This document shows, one piece after another, positions 51,137-63,209 of a stretch of DNA of 64,000 bases (position 1 is the stretch's first letter; each line of letters starts with the position of its first letter). The DNA is from Gammaproteobacteria bacterium (GTDB taxonomy: Bacteria > Pseudomonadota > Gammaproteobacteria > Eutrophobiales > Eutrophobiaceae). The DNA lies in NCBI GenBank assembly GCA_965215365.1, contig CBDCDS010000003.1:2400001-2464000 (forward strand), in the 5' to 3' direction. Position numbers and translations under genes: made by a program. The notes beneath the pieces are model-generated. The model ran no database searches. It saw only the letters and a program-made list of their open reading frames with translations, and was not told the origin of the DNA.

Positions 51137-51347
51137 TAGCAAGCTGTAATTCCCTCCGCCATCAGTGAAACCGCTCGGCGCCTCTAAAAAGTCATGGGGT
51201 TAAGTCACTCCACTACCCCCTACGAGCTCAAACAGCCGGTCGCTGAGAACGCCGATATAGGGCAATTGTAGTGCCTACGGGTCAGCGCGCCTTAAATAAA
51301 ATCAATCAGTTAGAGAAATAAACCGTCGAAGTCAGGGAATAACCGAG

Positions 51348-52670
51348 CTACTGGCTGGGCGCCTGATCAAACTGTTCCTCTTCCGTGGAACCTGTCAGCG
51401 CCGTGACTGAAGAGCGGCCACCCTGGATCACGGTGGTGACGTCGTCGAAATACCCCGCGCCCACTTCCTGCTGGTGTGAGGCAAAGGTGTAGCCTCGTTT
51501 CGCCGCGGCAAATTCGGGTTCCTGGATCATCTCCACATAGGCGGTCATGCCGCGTTGCACATAGTTTTGCGCCAGATCGAACATGTGGTACCACATGTTA
51601 TGAATGCCCGCCAGGGTGATGAACTGGTATTTGTATCCCATCGCGCCCAGTTCACGCTGGAACTTGGAAATGGTAATGTCGTCCAGATTCTTCTTCCAGT
51701 TGAACGAGGGCGAGCAGTTATAGGCCAGCAGTTGACCCGGATACTCGGCGCGGATGGCTTCGGCAAAGCGTTTTGCCTCGTCCAGGTCCGGCACTGCGGT
51801 CTCGCACCAGAGCAGGTCTGCATAGGGTGCATAAGCCAGCCCGCGGGCAATGGCCTGATCCAGGCCGGCGTGAGTCACGTAAAACCCTTCAGCAGTGCGC
51901 TCACCGGTGATGAACGGGTGATCGCGCGCGTCCACATCGGAGGTCAGCAAGGCCGCGGCATTGGCGTCGGTGCGCGCCAAAACGATGGTCGGCACCCCCA
52001 TGACGTCCGCCGCCAACCGGGCCGCCGACAGCTTGTGCACAGCCTCCTGGGTGGGCACCAGCACTTTCCCGCCCATGTGTCCGCACTTCTTCACGGAGGC
52101 CAACTGATCTTCGAAATGCACGCCTGCAGCGCCGGCCTCGATCATACCTTTCATCAGTTCAAACGCGTTCAACACGCCGCCAAACCCGGCCTCGGCATCG
52201 GCTACGATGGGCGCAAAGTAATCGACATTACCCTCGCCCCGGGCACACTGGATCTCATCGGCGCGTTTGAAGGCGTTGTTGATGCGTCTTACCACGGTAG
52301 GCACCGAGTCGACCGCATACAATGATTGATCAGGATACATGGTCTCGGAGGTGTTGCCATCCGCCGCCACCTGCCAACCGGACAGATAGATGGCCTTCAC
52401 CCCGGCCTTCACCTGTTGCACGGCCTGACCACCGGTCACCGCGCCCAGGCTGTTGATATAGTCTTCCTCGTTGACCAGCTGCCACAACTTCTCGGCGCCA
52501 CGCCGCGCCAGGGTATGCTCAATTTGTACCGACCCGCGCAACCTCACCACATCGGCCCCGCGATAGTCTCTGCTGACATGGTTCCAACGCGGGTTTTCCG
52601 CCCAGTCCCGTTCGATCTGTATTGCATTATCAGCCATTTTTTGCCCATGTCCTGTTGGTAAATTCGCCAT
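51348..52670 (-). CDS. aceA: Isocitrate lyase
   Basis: [44 protein letters not shown]; GGAGAG RBS before ATG 52670. Confidence 0.97.
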   Translation of the reverse strand: MANLPTGHGQKMADNAIQIERDWAENPRWNHVSRDYRGADVVRLRGSVQIEHTLARRGAEKLWQLVNEEDYINSLGAVTGGQAVQQVKAGVKAIYLSGWQVAADGNTSETMYPDQSLYAVDSVPTVVRRINNAFKRADEIQCARGEGNVDYFAPIVADAEAGFGGVLNAFELMKGMIEAGAAGVHFEDQLASVKKCGHMGGKVLVPTQEAVHKLSAARLAADVMGVPTIVLARTDANAAALLTSDVDARDHPFITGERTAEGFYVTHAGLDQAIARGLAYAPYADLLWCETAVPDLDEAKRFAEAIRAEYPGQLLAYNCSPSFNWKKNLDDITISKFQRELGAMGYKYQFITLAGIHNMWYHMFDLAQNYVQRGMTAYVEMIQEPEFAAAKRGYTFASHQQEVGAGYFDDVTTVIQGGRSSVTALTGSTEEEQFDQAPSQ

Positions 52671-52772
52671 TTTACTCTCCGTTTTGTTGCTTTGCAATAT
52701 CAAATTCCGCATGGTTATGCAAATCCATAGTTCAACCTTGGTTTTACATAATAATGAGTTATACTGGCGCGT

Positions 52773-53948
52773 ATGATCCCTAGGCAAGTAGCTGCTTTTA
52801 TCCTGGATGCTTTTCGCAAGTATCCGGTTGTCACCGTGACCGGGCCGCGTCAGTCCGGTAAAACCACCTTGTGCCGGCATATCTTTGCCTCGCTGCCATA
52901 CATCAACTTGGAGGCGCCGGACCAACGGCAGTTTGCACAACAGGACCCGCGTGACTTTTTGTCGGGTTTCCCGGCTGGCGCCATTATTGATGAGGTACAG
53001 CGAGTGCCAGAGCTGACATCTTACCTTCAGGTGTTGGTGGATGAGCGCGGGCGCGCCGGGCAGTACGTGTTGACCGGCAGCAGTGACTTCAGCCTGCGTG
53101 CCGCCACCAGTCAGTCACTGGCCGGGCGTACCGCTCTGTTTACGCTGTTGCCACTCAGCCTGACCGAGTTATCTGCCGGTGGCGCTGATAAGGCTGATCT
53201 CAACGAGGTATTGTTACACGGCGGCTACCCGCGTATTTATGATCGGGAACTGATACCGGCCGCGTTCTACCGGGACTATATCGGCACTTACGTGGAACGG
53301 GATTTGAGACAACTGAGCATGATTAAAGATTTGGCTCAATTTCAAACCTTCATGCAGCTTTGTGCCGGCAACGTGGGCCGTATATTGAACCTGCAACGGT
53401 TGGGTTCTGATTGTGGCATCAGCCAGACCACTGCCAGGGAATGGCTGAACCTGCTGGAAGCCAGCTATGTGGTATTCCGCTTGCATCCCTTTCATGCCAA
53501 CACCCGCAAACGCCTGGTCAAGAGCCCCAAGCTTTATTTCTACGACGTTGGCGTGGCTGCGTTTCTGCTCGGTATTTCGGCGCCGGGACACCTGCAGGCG
53601 CATCCCCTGCGTGGTGAACTGTTTGAAAACCTGATAGTGACTGAAATCATTAAAACTGTCTTCAACCACAACCAACGCCCGCAGGTATGCTTTTACCGCG
53701 ACAGTAACGGCAACGAGGTGGACTTGCTGTTACAATCCGGCGCCGGCTGGCTGCCCATAGAGATCAAGGCCGGCAAAACTGTTAACCGGGATTATTTCAA
53801 GGGGTTTCACCACCTTGATAACAAGGTAACCATGCCCGCCGGCAAACTGCTCGTCTATGGCGGTGAGGCGTTGCTTGCGCGCAGGGACGTAAAAATTGCC
53901 ACTGCTTATCAGGTTGCCGGGCACGTCACTCGATTTCTGGACGGATAA
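52773..53948 (+). CDS. AAA_14 plus DUF4143 ATP-binding protein
   Basis: [36 protein letters not shown]...PIEIK. Confidence 0.9.
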   Translation: MIPRQVAAFILDAFRKYPVVTVTGPRQSGKTTLCRHIFASLPYINLEAPDQRQFAQQDPRDFLSGFPAGAIIDEVQRVPELTSYLQVLVDERGRAGQYVLTGSSDFSLRAATSQSLAGRTALFTLLPLSLTELSAGGADKADLNEVLLHGGYPRIYDRELIPAAFYRDYIGTYVERDLRQLSMIKDLAQFQTFMQLCAGNVGRILNLQRLGSDCGISQTTAREWLNLLEASYVVFRLHPFHANTRKRLVKSPKLYFYDVGVAAFLLGISAPGHLQAHPLRGELFENLIVTEIIKTVFNHNQRPQVCFYRDSNGNEVDLLLQSGAGWLPIEIKAGKTVNRDYFKGFHHLDNKVTMPAGKLLVYGGEALLARRDVKIATAYQVAGHVTRFLDG

Positions 53949-54032
53949 TCCAGCGCCACTATTTTCTCCATCAGCCAAGGCGCCACGCCTGCCGTTGGCT
54001 GTACATATCGGCTACCGGCTTGATTGTGCAAC

Positions 54033-54048
54033 TGGCACAAAAATTGCT
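54033..54048 (+). promoter_or_regulatory. Sigma54 -24/-12 promoter of the urease operon
   Basis: TGGCAC-AAAAA-TTGCT, an exact consensus match; NtrC-like half-palindrome CGCGCTAAATTGGTGCA near 54086-54102. Confidence 0.75.
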
Positions 54049-54147
54049 GATTAACTGCTCTGCTTATTGAACGGTTATACGAGGTCGCGCTAAATTGGTG
54101 CATGAAACGACACTGTACACTCTTGCCAATACAACTGTGGCGCCCTG

Positions 54148-54993
54148 ATGTCAGGCGCGACACAAACTTGGCCGGCCAGTGTTGAACTGCGGCTGTGCTC
54201 CGAAGCCGGCAGAACGCGCTTGGCTCGGTGCGAGCATCAGGGCCCCTTGTACGTGCAAAGACCGTTTTATCCGGAAGGGCCGGCTCACCCGCATTTTTAC
54301 CTGCTGCACCCGCCCGGTGGTATTGTGTCAGGCGACCGGCTGCAGATACGAGTGGACCTGGCCACCAACAGTAGCGCCCTGATAACCACCCCCGGCGCAG
54401 CCAGGGTTTACCGCGCACGTGACCACAACCCCCAACAATGCCAGAGCAGCAGCTTGCGACTGGACACCGGCGCAACCCTGGAGTGGTTTCCCATGGAGAC
54501 TATCGTCTATGATGGCGCTTCGGTGGCATTGGAAACAACGGTAGAACTGGCCGAGAGCAGTCGTTTTATCGGCTGGGAACTGAGCTGTTTTGGCCTGCCT
54601 GCGAGCAACCAACCCTTTGCCAACGGGCGCTTTTCGCAACGCTACCGCATTATGCGAGAGGGGGCGCCGGTCTTTGTTGACAATTTTTCCCTGGATGACA
54701 GCAACCACTCCTTGATGTTGAACGGGCCGGCCGGACTACGCGGACAACCTGTTACCGGCCTCTTCCTAGCGGGGTCCTTTGCCGACGGAGATTGCGCGTC
54801 CCTGTTGCGAGCGTTGCGCGACGCCACGCCCGATAGCGGCGTGGCGCTGAGCTGGTCGGATGATTGGCTGGTTGGCCGCTACCTGGGCGCCAGCGCTGAG
54901 CAGGCGCGCAAACTGTATCGGGCCTGGTGGCGCATCTTGCGTCCGGCGCTGCTTGGGCGCGCTGCCTGCGTGCCTCGAATCTGGTTTACATAA
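54148..54993 (+). CDS. ureD: Urease accessory protein UreD
   Basis: HQGPLYVQRPFYPEG, LHPPGGIVSGD, TTPGA, PRIW. Confidence 0.95.
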   Translation: MSGATQTWPASVELRLCSEAGRTRLARCEHQGPLYVQRPFYPEGPAHPHFYLLHPPGGIVSGDRLQIRVDLATNSSALITTPGAARVYRARDHNPQQCQSSSLRLDTGATLEWFPMETIVYDGASVALETTVELAESSRFIGWELSCFGLPASNQPFANGRFSQRYRIMREGAPVFVDNFSLDDSNHSLMLNGPAGLRGQPVTGLFLAGSFADGDCASLLRALRDATPDSGVALSWSDDWLVGRYLGASAEQARKLYRAWWRILRPALLGRAACVPRIWFT

Positions 54994-55005
54994 CGGTAAC
55001 GTAAC

Positions 55006-55308
55006 ATGGAACTGCTGCCCAGAGAAAAAGACAAACTGTTGATATTCACCGCCGCGCTGCTGGCGGAACGCCGACTGCAACGGGGACTCAAGCTCAACTA
55101 CCCGGAGACGGTAGCGTACCTGAGCATGGAGATTATGGAGGGTGCCCGCGCCGGCAAAACCGTGGCGGAACTGATGAGCTACGGCAAAGGCCTACTACGC
55201 GCCGACCAGGTCATGGATGGCGTCACGGCCATGTTGCGCGAGGTGCAAGTGGAAGCCACCTTCCCCGATGGCACTAAACTGGTCACCGTGCATGACCCCG
55301 TGAGCTGA
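55006..55308 (+). CDS. ureA: Urease gamma subunit
   Basis: [25 protein letters not shown]. Confidence 0.97.
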   Translation: MELLPREKDKLLIFTAALLAERRLQRGLKLNYPETVAYLSMEIMEGARAGKTVAELMSYGKGLLRADQVMDGVTAMLREVQVEATFPDGTKLVTVHDPVS

Positions 55309-55310
55309 GC

Positions 55311-55652
55311 ATGAGCGGTCCTATAATACCCGGCGAAATGTTTCCGGCAGCGAGTGACATTAACCTGAACCAGGGGCGCGACACACGGGTGGTGCTGGTA
55401 AAAAACAGCGGCGATCGTCCGATTCAGGTGAGCTCCCACTACCATTTCCTGGAAACCAACCCCGCCCTGGTGTTCGCGCGTGAACAGACCCGGGGTTATC
55501 GCCTCAATATCCCTCCCGGCACTGCGGTGCGGTTTGAGCCCGGCCAGGACCGGGAGGTGGAACTGGTTGCCTACGCAGGCATCCGCAGGATCTACGGTTT
55601 TCGCGGCGAGATTATGGGTGCGCTGGATGAGCCCGCGGAAAGTGGGCATTAG
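55311..55652 (+). CDS. ureB: Urease beta subunit
   Basis: [26 protein letters not shown]. Confidence 0.97.
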   Translation: MSGPIIPGEMFPAASDINLNQGRDTRVVLVKNSGDRPIQVSSHYHFLETNPALVFAREQTRGYRLNIPPGTAVRFEPGQDREVELVAYAGIRRIYGFRGEIMGALDEPAESGH

Positions 55653-55690
55653 AAAACAGGTGCCGAAACTCAGGCAGCAAAAACTGAAAC

Positions 55691-57394
55691 ATGAAAACCA
55701 TTGACCGCGAAACTTACGTATCAATGTTCGGGCCCACCACCGGCGATCGGGTGCGGCTAGGTGACACCGCGTTGATTATCGAAGTGGAGAAAGACTTCAG
55801 CCAGTACGGGGAAGAGGTGAAGTTTGGTGGCGGTAAAGTGATTCGCGACGGTATGGGGCAGGGGCAACTCGGCGGCCGAGGCTGTGTGGACACGGTGATC
55901 ACCAACGCCTTGATTCTGGACCACTGGGGGATTGTAAAAGCCAATGTCGGCATCAAGAACGGGCGTATCTACGCCATCGGCAAGGCCGGGAACCCGGATA
56001 TACAGGACGACGTCAAGGTAGTGATCGGCCCCGGCACCGAGGTCATTGCCGGCGAGGGACAGATACTGACCGCCGGCGCGATAGACGCCCATATCCATTT
56101 CATCTGTCCGCAACAGGTTGACGAAGCCCTCATGTCCGGGGTGACTACCATGATCGGCGGCGGCACCGGACCTGCCACCGGCACCAATGCCACCACCTGC
56201 ACCCCTGGTCCCTGGAATATCGGCAAGATGTTGCAAGCCGTTGACAGCCTGCCCATGAACTTCGGACTGCTTGGCAAGGGTAATGCCAGCTTACCCCTGG
56301 CATTGGAAGAGCAGTTGACGGCCGGCGCCTGCGGGCTCAAGCTGCATGAAGACTGGGGTACCACGCCCGCGGCCATAGACACCTGCCTGAGAGTGGCCGA
56401 GGACTTCGACGTACAAGTGGCTATCCATACCGACACCTTGAACGAATCGGGTTTTGTTGACGATACCCTGGCGGCATTCAAAGGCAGAACCATACACACC
56501 TACCACACGGAAGGCGCCGGGGGCGGTCATGCGCCTGACATTATCCGCGCCTGCGGCGCGCCCAATGTGCTGCCTTCATCGACGAACCCCACCCGGCCCT
56601 ATACGCGCAACACCGTGGATGAGCATCTGGACATGCTCATGGTGTGCCACCACCTAGACCCTGCCATACCGGAGGATGTGGCTTTTGCCGATTCACGTAT
56701 TCGCAAGGAAACCATCGCAGCCGAAGACATCTTCCATGATTTGGGCGCGTTCAGCATGATCGCTTCGGATTCACAGGCTATGGGGCGCGTGGGAGAGGTC
56801 ATCACCCGTACCTGGCAGACTGCGCATAAGATGAAGCTGCAACGCGGCGCGCTGGCCGGAGACAGCGAACGCAACGACAACCTGCGGGCGCGCAGATATG
56901 TCGCAAAATATACCATCAACCCGGCCATTGCGCACGGCATCTCCAGGGAAGTGGGTTCCATTGAGGTCGGTAAACTTGCTGATCTGGTATTATGGAAGCC
57001 GGCTTTTTTCGGCATAAAACCGACGCTGATCATCAAGGGCGGGTTTATCGCCGCGGCCGCCATGGGCGATCCCAACGGGTCGATACCCACTACGCAGCCG
57101 GTGCACTACCGCCCCATGTTCGGCGGTTACGGCGGGGTGCCGCGCAGCACCTCGGTCACGTTCACCAGCGCCGCGGCCATTGAGTCCGGTGTCAGACATC
57201 ACTTGAACCTCGGGCGCCGTCTGGTTGCCTGTCAGGATTGCCGTAGCGTGACCAAAACCGACATGATCCACAATAACTGGATGCCGACGGTGACGGTGGA
57301 CCCGCAAACCTATGAGGTACGGGCCGACGGCGAACTGCTGACCTGCGAGCCACTTGACACCCTGCCGCTGGCGCAACTCTACAATCTATTTTAA
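55691..57394 (+). CDS. ureC: Urease alpha subunit
   Basis: [47 protein letters not shown]. Confidence 0.98.
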   Translation: MKTIDRETYVSMFGPTTGDRVRLGDTALIIEVEKDFSQYGEEVKFGGGKVIRDGMGQGQLGGRGCVDTVITNALILDHWGIVKANVGIKNGRIYAIGKAGNPDIQDDVKVVIGPGTEVIAGEGQILTAGAIDAHIHFICPQQVDEALMSGVTTMIGGGTGPATGTNATTCTPGPWNIGKMLQAVDSLPMNFGLLGKGNASLPLALEEQLTAGACGLKLHEDWGTTPAAIDTCLRVAEDFDVQVAIHTDTLNESGFVDDTLAAFKGRTIHTYHTEGAGGGHAPDIIRACGAPNVLPSSTNPTRPYTRNTVDEHLDMLMVCHHLDPAIPEDVAFADSRIRKETIAAEDIFHDLGAFSMIASDSQAMGRVGEVITRTWQTAHKMKLQRGALAGDSERNDNLRARRYVAKYTINPAIAHGISREVGSIEVGKLADLVLWKPAFFGIKPTLIIKGGFIAAAAMGDPNGSIPTTQPVHYRPMFGGYGGVPRSTSVTFTSAAAIESGVRHHLNLGRRLVACQDCRSVTKTDMIHNNWMPTVTVDPQTYEVRADGELLTCEPLDTLPLAQLYNLF

Positions 57395-57398
57395 CCCG

Positions 57399-57851
57399 AT
57401 GCTGGAAGTCTGTGAGCGATTGCCTTCGCTGGCACCGGGTTGCGTGGCGGCGGAGCTGGCGCTTGACCACCTGCAACGCGAGAAAGGACGCTTCAAATCC
57501 CGTCTGGCGGATGGCACCGAGGTGCGCGTATTGCTGGAACGGGGTCGCACCCTGCCCATCGGCCAGGTTTTGCGTAGTGTCTGCGGCCGCTATCTGGTAG
57601 TCACAGGGACGCCGGAACCGGTGACGCTGGCGCGCGCGCGTGACTGGACGATGTTCGCCCATGCCTGTTACCACCTCGGCAATCGGCACGTTCGGGTACA
57701 GATAGGAGAACGCTGGTTGCGCATCATGCCCGACCATGTGCTGGAGCTTATGCTGGCGCAACTGGGCCTTGAAGTGTTGTCTGAGCAGGCCGTATTTGAG
57801 CCGACATCCGGCGCCTACAGGGGGAGTGGCCATGTCCATCACCACCACTGA
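57399..57851 (+). CDS. ureE: Urease accessory protein UreE
   Basis: YHLGNRH, DHVL, FEP..GAY, His-rich tail. Confidence 0.93.
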   Translation: MLEVCERLPSLAPGCVAAELALDHLQREKGRFKSRLADGTEVRVLLERGRTLPIGQVLRSVCGRYLVVTGTPEPVTLARARDWTMFAHACYHLGNRHVRVQIGERWLRIMPDHVLELMLAQLGLEVLSEQAVFEPTSGAYRGSGHVHHHH

Positions 57852-58509
57852 CGGCGCGTTATTGCGCCTGCTGCAACTGAGCAGCGCCACCTTGCCCGTG
57901 GGCGGCTATTCTTTTTCCCAGGGGCTGGAGGCCGCCGTGGAGCAGCACTGGTTGCGCACGGATCGGGAGCTGCGCGCCTGGCTGTCAGCACAATTAAGCG
58001 AGGGACATGCCAAAGTCGATTTGCCCTTGCTGTTGCGCCTGTTCGATGCCGCCCGGCATCGCGATGCCGATTGTTTACGGCGCTGGAATGCCTGGGTTCT
58101 TGCCTGCCGGGACACCACCGAACTGCGTGCTGCAGAAATTGCCATGGGTGATGCGTTGTTGCGTCTGGTACCCCCTCTTGGTATTGACGTGCCCTGGCAG
58201 GAGCAAGGTAAAACCGCATTCGTGACAGCGTTTGCGATGGTAGCCGCCAACTGGCAGATCAAACCCCGACTCGCCTGCCATGGCTATCTTTGGAGTTGGC
58301 TGGAAAACCAGGTCGCCGCCGCCACGCGCCTGATGGCGCTGGGACAGACAGCCGCCCAACAGTTACTGGATGCACTGATGCCGGAACTACCGGCAACCGT
58401 CAAGCGCGCGAGTACGCTTGCCGACGACGCCATAGGCAGTTCCCTGCCGGCCTTGTCCATAGCCAGTTGTCGGCACGAACAACAATACTGCCGGTTATTC
58501 AGATCCTGA
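57832..58509 (+). CDS. ureF: Urease accessory protein UreF
   Basis: LPVGGYSFSQGLE, LGQTAAQ, RLFRS. Confidence 0.95.
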   Translation: MSITTTDGALLRLLQLSSATLPVGGYSFSQGLEAAVEQHWLRTDRELRAWLSAQLSEGHAKVDLPLLLRLFDAARHRDADCLRRWNAWVLACRDTTELRAAEIAMGDALLRLVPPLGIDVPWQEQGKTAFVTAFAMVAANWQIKPRLACHGYLWSWLENQVAAATRLMALGQTAAQQLLDALMPELPATVKRASTLADDAIGSSLPALSIASCRHEQQYCRLFRS

Positions 58510-58582
58510 ACAGAACCTCTGAAAATGCCCTCTATGGTATTTTTTCATGCGCCCTGAACAAAAACGAACCCCGAGATATTCC

Positions 58583-59215
<633 letters not shown>

Positions 59216-59329
59216 CACACCTTGCATGACTAATGTCGCATAGTGTACAATAAGCATGCTGCTTGGGATTAAGGTACGCATCCCGTTCGTCATCATCACA
59301 CTAATCAGGTATAACCTAGGGGGGACTGT

Positions 59330-62218
59330 ATGTCAAAGCCGCTGGACATCAAGCGCAATAAACTGAACCAAGCCATAGTCACCGCCATCGCCGCAACGGC
59401 TGTCAATACTCCCGCCAACGCCCAAATCGAAGAGCTCATCGTCACTGCCACCAAGCGCGCCGAATCCACCCAGGACATCCCGGTCGCAGTCTCCGCTTTG
59501 AGGGGAGATGACCTAGAAGAACTGCGCATCAGCAACTTTGATGATTACGTCCGCTACCTGCCTAACGTGGTAAGCATGGGCACCGGCCCGGGGCAGAGCG
59601 AGCTTTACATCCGCGGCGCCGCTACCGAGCAATCAAAAAACACCATCGCGGCCATTCAGGGGTCAGCCCCGGCAGTGGCGCTGTATGTGGATGAGATGCC
59701 GGTCGCATTCGGCGGCCGCAACCTAGATGTGTACGCGACCGATCTGGCGCGCGTCGAGGTATTGCCCGGCCCGCAAGGCACCCTGTTCGGCGCCAGCTCG
59801 CAGTCTGGTACGGTGCGCCTGATTACCAACAAACCGGTGCAGGGCGAGTTCCAGGCCGGTGCCAGAACGGATGTATCCGTCACCAGAGGCGGCGGTGTCA
59901 ACAACTCTCAGGAGGCTTATTTGAATCTGGCCGTCACTGATGAGCTGGCGCTGCGCATTGCGGCCTACCATGATGAGCAAGCCGGCTGGATAGATAACGT
60001 CAGCAATCTGGACGCAAACGGCAACGTCATCCCCGGCGGTTGGGACACCAACGGCGGCGGCCTCATTGAGGTGATCAACCGCAATGATATATCGGCTGCG
60101 CCGGTAAATCCGGACAGCCGGTTTGAGCTTGCCGATAACAGCCAGCTGGTGGAGGAAGACTTCAACGACGCCAGGTATATCGGTGGACGGTTCAGTCTGG
60201 CCTACCAACCCACCGACAGTTTCGGTTTGCTGGCACAACATACCCAACAATCCCTGGAGGCCGACGGCGTGTTCGCCTACGACCCCAACCTGGACGGCCG
60301 CAGCAGCGTCACCCGTTTCACCGACGATACCAGCGAGGATGAATTCGGGCTGACCACCCTGACCCTGAACGGCCGCATCGGCCAGCTGGACCTGATTTAC
60401 ACGGCCGGTTATCTGCAGCGCGACATGGATGCACGCATCGACTATTCATCCTATACCACCGGCGGCGGCTATCAGGTGTATTACCTGTGCCCGGATGTCA
60501 GGGCCGGCGCCGGTGTCAGCCCCAATGATATTGCACCGGTGACCTGCTACGACCCGGAGTCACAATATACCGACAACAATTCAAACCAGCGCGTCACTCA
60601 GGAGTTCCGGGTGTCCATGCCGGATGAGTTCCGTATGCGGGTGACCGCCGGTGCGTTCTTCGATGAACAGACTACGCGCGGCACCGCCGCCTTCGAGCTG
60701 GCCGGCACCCGGGATGACGGCGACGGCGCCTGGCCGGCACTCGGACTGGTAGGCGATGCAGTGGAAGGAACCAATGCCGGGGGGAAATTATTCAACCCCA
60801 GAGTCAGTTTCGTCAACGACTATACTCGCAAAACCGAGCAGCTGGCCTTGTTCGGCCAGTTGGATTTTGACATTACCCCCACGGTGACCGCCAGTTTCGG
60901 CGCGCGCTGGTATGACATTGATTTTGATTTCAAGGGCGCCAGCAGCTTCTCCTTCCGCTGCAAGGGTGGCGAAGACGGCTGTGATAATTCCGACCAGTAC
61001 CCGGAACGAACTCGTTTTCCCGATGCCCCCAGAGGTTCCGATGTGTTTGATCCTACCACCCCGGCTGGCGGCAATAACGTGACGGCGCGGCTGCGCGCCT
61101 TGGGCTGCGGGGAAGCAGGCCTGCGGGCAATTCAGGCTGCCGGCGGTAACGGCACCGGCGGCGGCGACTTCAGGACCGAAGCCAATATTGCCGCAGTCAT
61201 GGCCGATATTGAGGCCGGCCTCTTAAATGTGGACGGTCTGAATTGTGATGGCGTTTTGAATGAGTCCGATGTCATATTCCGCGCCTCGCTGGACTGGAAG
61301 GTAACCGATGATATCCTATTGTTCACTACTTTCGGTCAGGGTTTCCGGCCACCGGTGACTAACCGAAACGCCGGCAGAGCCGCGCTTAATCCACGCGCCG
61401 AACCGGTTTATGACAACTACCGGGTGCCAGCTGTGGCCGTCACCGACAAAATGGACAACTACGAGTGGGGCATTAAGGCAGACTTCTTTGACCGCACCTT
61501 GCGCGTGAACGCCACCGGCTACTATTCCGAGATTGACGACCTGCAGGTATCCCGTTTCGACCCGGCCAATGTGGCCTTTCTGGTATTCATTGAGAATGTG
61601 GGCGATGCCGAGATCCTGGGCGCCGACGGCGATTTCACCTGGGCGCCGACCGACAACCTCACGATTGCCGGCGCCTTCAGTATTGTCGATAGCGAAATTA
61701 CCCGTTTGAACGCGCAGCTGGACGGTATTGCCGTGCCGGTGGGCAGCGAACTGCCGTTCACCCCGGACTTTTCCGGCAACCTGCGTGCGCGCTATGAGTT
61801 TGACGTGCCGCTGCTGGGCGGGGCAAGCGCTTATCTGTCGGGCGGCATCAGTTATACCGGAGCAAGCAAATCCGGCATCGCCGGCAGCGCGTTTCAGGTC
61901 GAGGATACCCTGGTGCGCGCCCACGGTCGTGGTTCGGGGCTCGACATCGCCGCCGAGGGCGGCGACTTTGCCGGCGGTAATTGCGGTACGGTCAGCGCTC
62001 CCGTCATCTGTAAAAACGGCCGCTATATACAGGATGACTATGTGCTGCTGGATTTAGCCGTAGGTATGAAGAGCGCAAGTTGGGGCGCCGAGTTATTCGT
62101 CGATAATGTCACCGACGAGCGGGCCGAACTGCATGTCGATACCTTGCAGTTCATCCCCAAGGTAGTCACCAACCGCCCGCGTTCCTTTGGCGTCCGGTTT
62201 TCCTACGACTATCACTGA
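59330..62218 (+). CDS. TonB-dependent receptor
   Basis: Signal peptide, EELIVTATKR TonB box, RVEVLPGPQGTLFG plug motif, C-terminal beta strand. Confidence 0.93.
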   Translation: MSKPLDIKRNKLNQAIVTAIAATAVNTPANAQIEELIVTATKRAESTQDIPVAVSALRGDDLEELRISNFDDYVRYLPNVVSMGTGPGQSELYIRGAATEQSKNTIAAIQGSAPAVALYVDEMPVAFGGRNLDVYATDLARVEVLPGPQGTLFGASSQSGTVRLITNKPVQGEFQAGARTDVSVTRGGGVNNSQEAYLNLAVTDELALRIAAYHDEQAGWIDNVSNLDANGNVIPGGWDTNGGGLIEVINRNDISAAPVNPDSRFELADNSQLVEEDFNDARYIGGRFSLAYQPTDSFGLLAQHTQQSLEADGVFAYDPNLDGRSSVTRFTDDTSEDEFGLTTLTLNGRIGQLDLIYTAGYLQRDMDARIDYSSYTTGGGYQVYYLCPDVRAGAGVSPNDIAPVTCYDPESQYTDNNSNQRVTQEFRVSMPDEFRMRVTAGAFFDEQTTRGTAAFELAGTRDDGDGAWPALGLVGDAVEGTNAGGKLFNPRVSFVNDYTRKTEQLALFGQLDFDITPTVTASFGARWYDIDFDFKGASSFSFRCKGGEDGCDNSDQYPERTRFPDAPRGSDVFDPTTPAGGNNVTARLRALGCGEAGLRAIQAAGGNGTGGGDFRTEANIAAVMADIEAGLLNVDGLNCDGVLNESDVIFRASLDWKVTDDILLFTTFGQGFRPPVTNRNAGRAALNPRAEPVYDNYRVPAVAVTDKMDNYEWGIKADFFDRTLRVNATGYYSEIDDLQVSRFDPANVAFLVFIENVGDAEILGADGDFTWAPTDNLTIAGAFSIVDSEITRLNAQLDGIAVPVGSELPFTPDFSGNLRARYEFDVPLLGGASAYLSGGISYTGASKSGIAGSAFQVEDTLVRAHGRGSGLDIAAEGGDFAGGNCGTVSAPVICKNGRYIQDDYVLLDLAVGMKSASWGAELFVDNVTDERAELHVDTLQFIPKVVTNRPRSFGVRFSYDYH

Positions 62219-62277
62219 GCAGCAACCCGATACCAACCCTCAACCAATCAGCGCGTCCTCCCCGGCCAGAATACGGG

Positions 62278-63165
62278 CTAACCAATCCAGCCGGTGATGG
62301 TCATCAGACCGAGGACGATCAACCAGACGATCAGGGTGCGGTTGATCAAGCCCATGGTGTCTTTGATGCGGCTGATGAAATCGGCGTTGTCCTTGTCCTG
62401 CGCCGCGGTGCCGATCGGTTCGTAGTTCAGCGCGCCCAAACCGGCCCGGGCGATCACGTCGCGGCTGCTTGCCAGGGTGTGGCCAGATACCGTGCGCCAG
62501 CTGTCCAGAGCGCTGACCAGACTGCCGCCCAGGGCAAACCCCAGGGCCAGCAGGCGCGCCGATGGCCACATCAGTATCCGATGCAGGGCCCGTACTGCGT
62601 CGGCATAACCGTCTGCGCGCGGCTCGTGACGCAGCGCCAGATTCACCACCAGACAGTACAGCAGCGCACCCACTGCGCCCAGCAGCAGGAACCAGAAGAC
62701 GACGGCAAACAGGTACTCATGCGCGCGTAACATAAGGGCAGTGAGTACCTGCTGCTCAGCAACGGCGCCGTCTTCGGGCTGATCGTACAGTATCTCTGCC
62801 AGGATTTTCTCGGCGGCAGCTTCATCAGCGTTGCCCAGCGCCGCGGTATAGCTGTCCACCCGCGCGCCTAGGGCCGGGCCGAAGCTGTACACTAGCACTA
62901 GGAAGGATAACAGGAACCCCAGCAGAAAACTCACCTCACCCGCCAGATAAACCAGTGTCGCCAGTGTCGCCAGCGGGATGAACAAGGTCAGCAGCAGGCC
63001 GCAAGGTCCCTGCCACCACGCAACGCCCGCCAGCCTGCCCCCCAGCCAGTCACTGTAACGCACAAACCAAGACAGATTCCGATAACGGTCGAAACCTCCC
63101 AGCCAGAATTCCACTCCCAACGCAATCAGTACTGTGATCAGGTTCATAGAGTCATAATAGTACAT
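62278..63165 (-). CDS. ampE: AmpE-like membrane protein
   Basis: Multi-TM, FAVVFWF, WPSARL; directly downstream of ampD. Confidence 0.7.
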   Translation of the reverse strand: MYYYDSMNLITVLIALGVEFWLGGFDRYRNLSWFVRYSDWLGGRLAGVAWWQGPCGLLLTLFIPLATLATLVYLAGEVSFLLGFLLSFLVLVYSFGPALGARVDSYTAALGNADEAAAEKILAEILYDQPEDGAVAEQQVLTALMLRAHEYLFAVVFWFLLLGAVGALLYCLVVNLALRHEPRADGYADAVRALHRILMWPSARLLALGFALGGSLVSALDSWRTVSGHTLASSRDVIARAGLGALNYEPIGTAAQDKDNADFISRIKDTMGLINRTLIVWLIVLGLMTITGWIG

Positions 63166-63209
63166 TTACTGAAAAAATGATATGTGTGGAACTGCTGCGT
63201 TCGGAGTTT

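Noticed and set aside
52671-52940. N-terminal extensions in the ORF track (aceA, birA, lolD, efp, cysH, ureE/F/G, exbB, IS481 transposase)
   Set aside because: Downstream ATGs fit the family starts or have an RBS, and several extensions overlap neighbouring genes.
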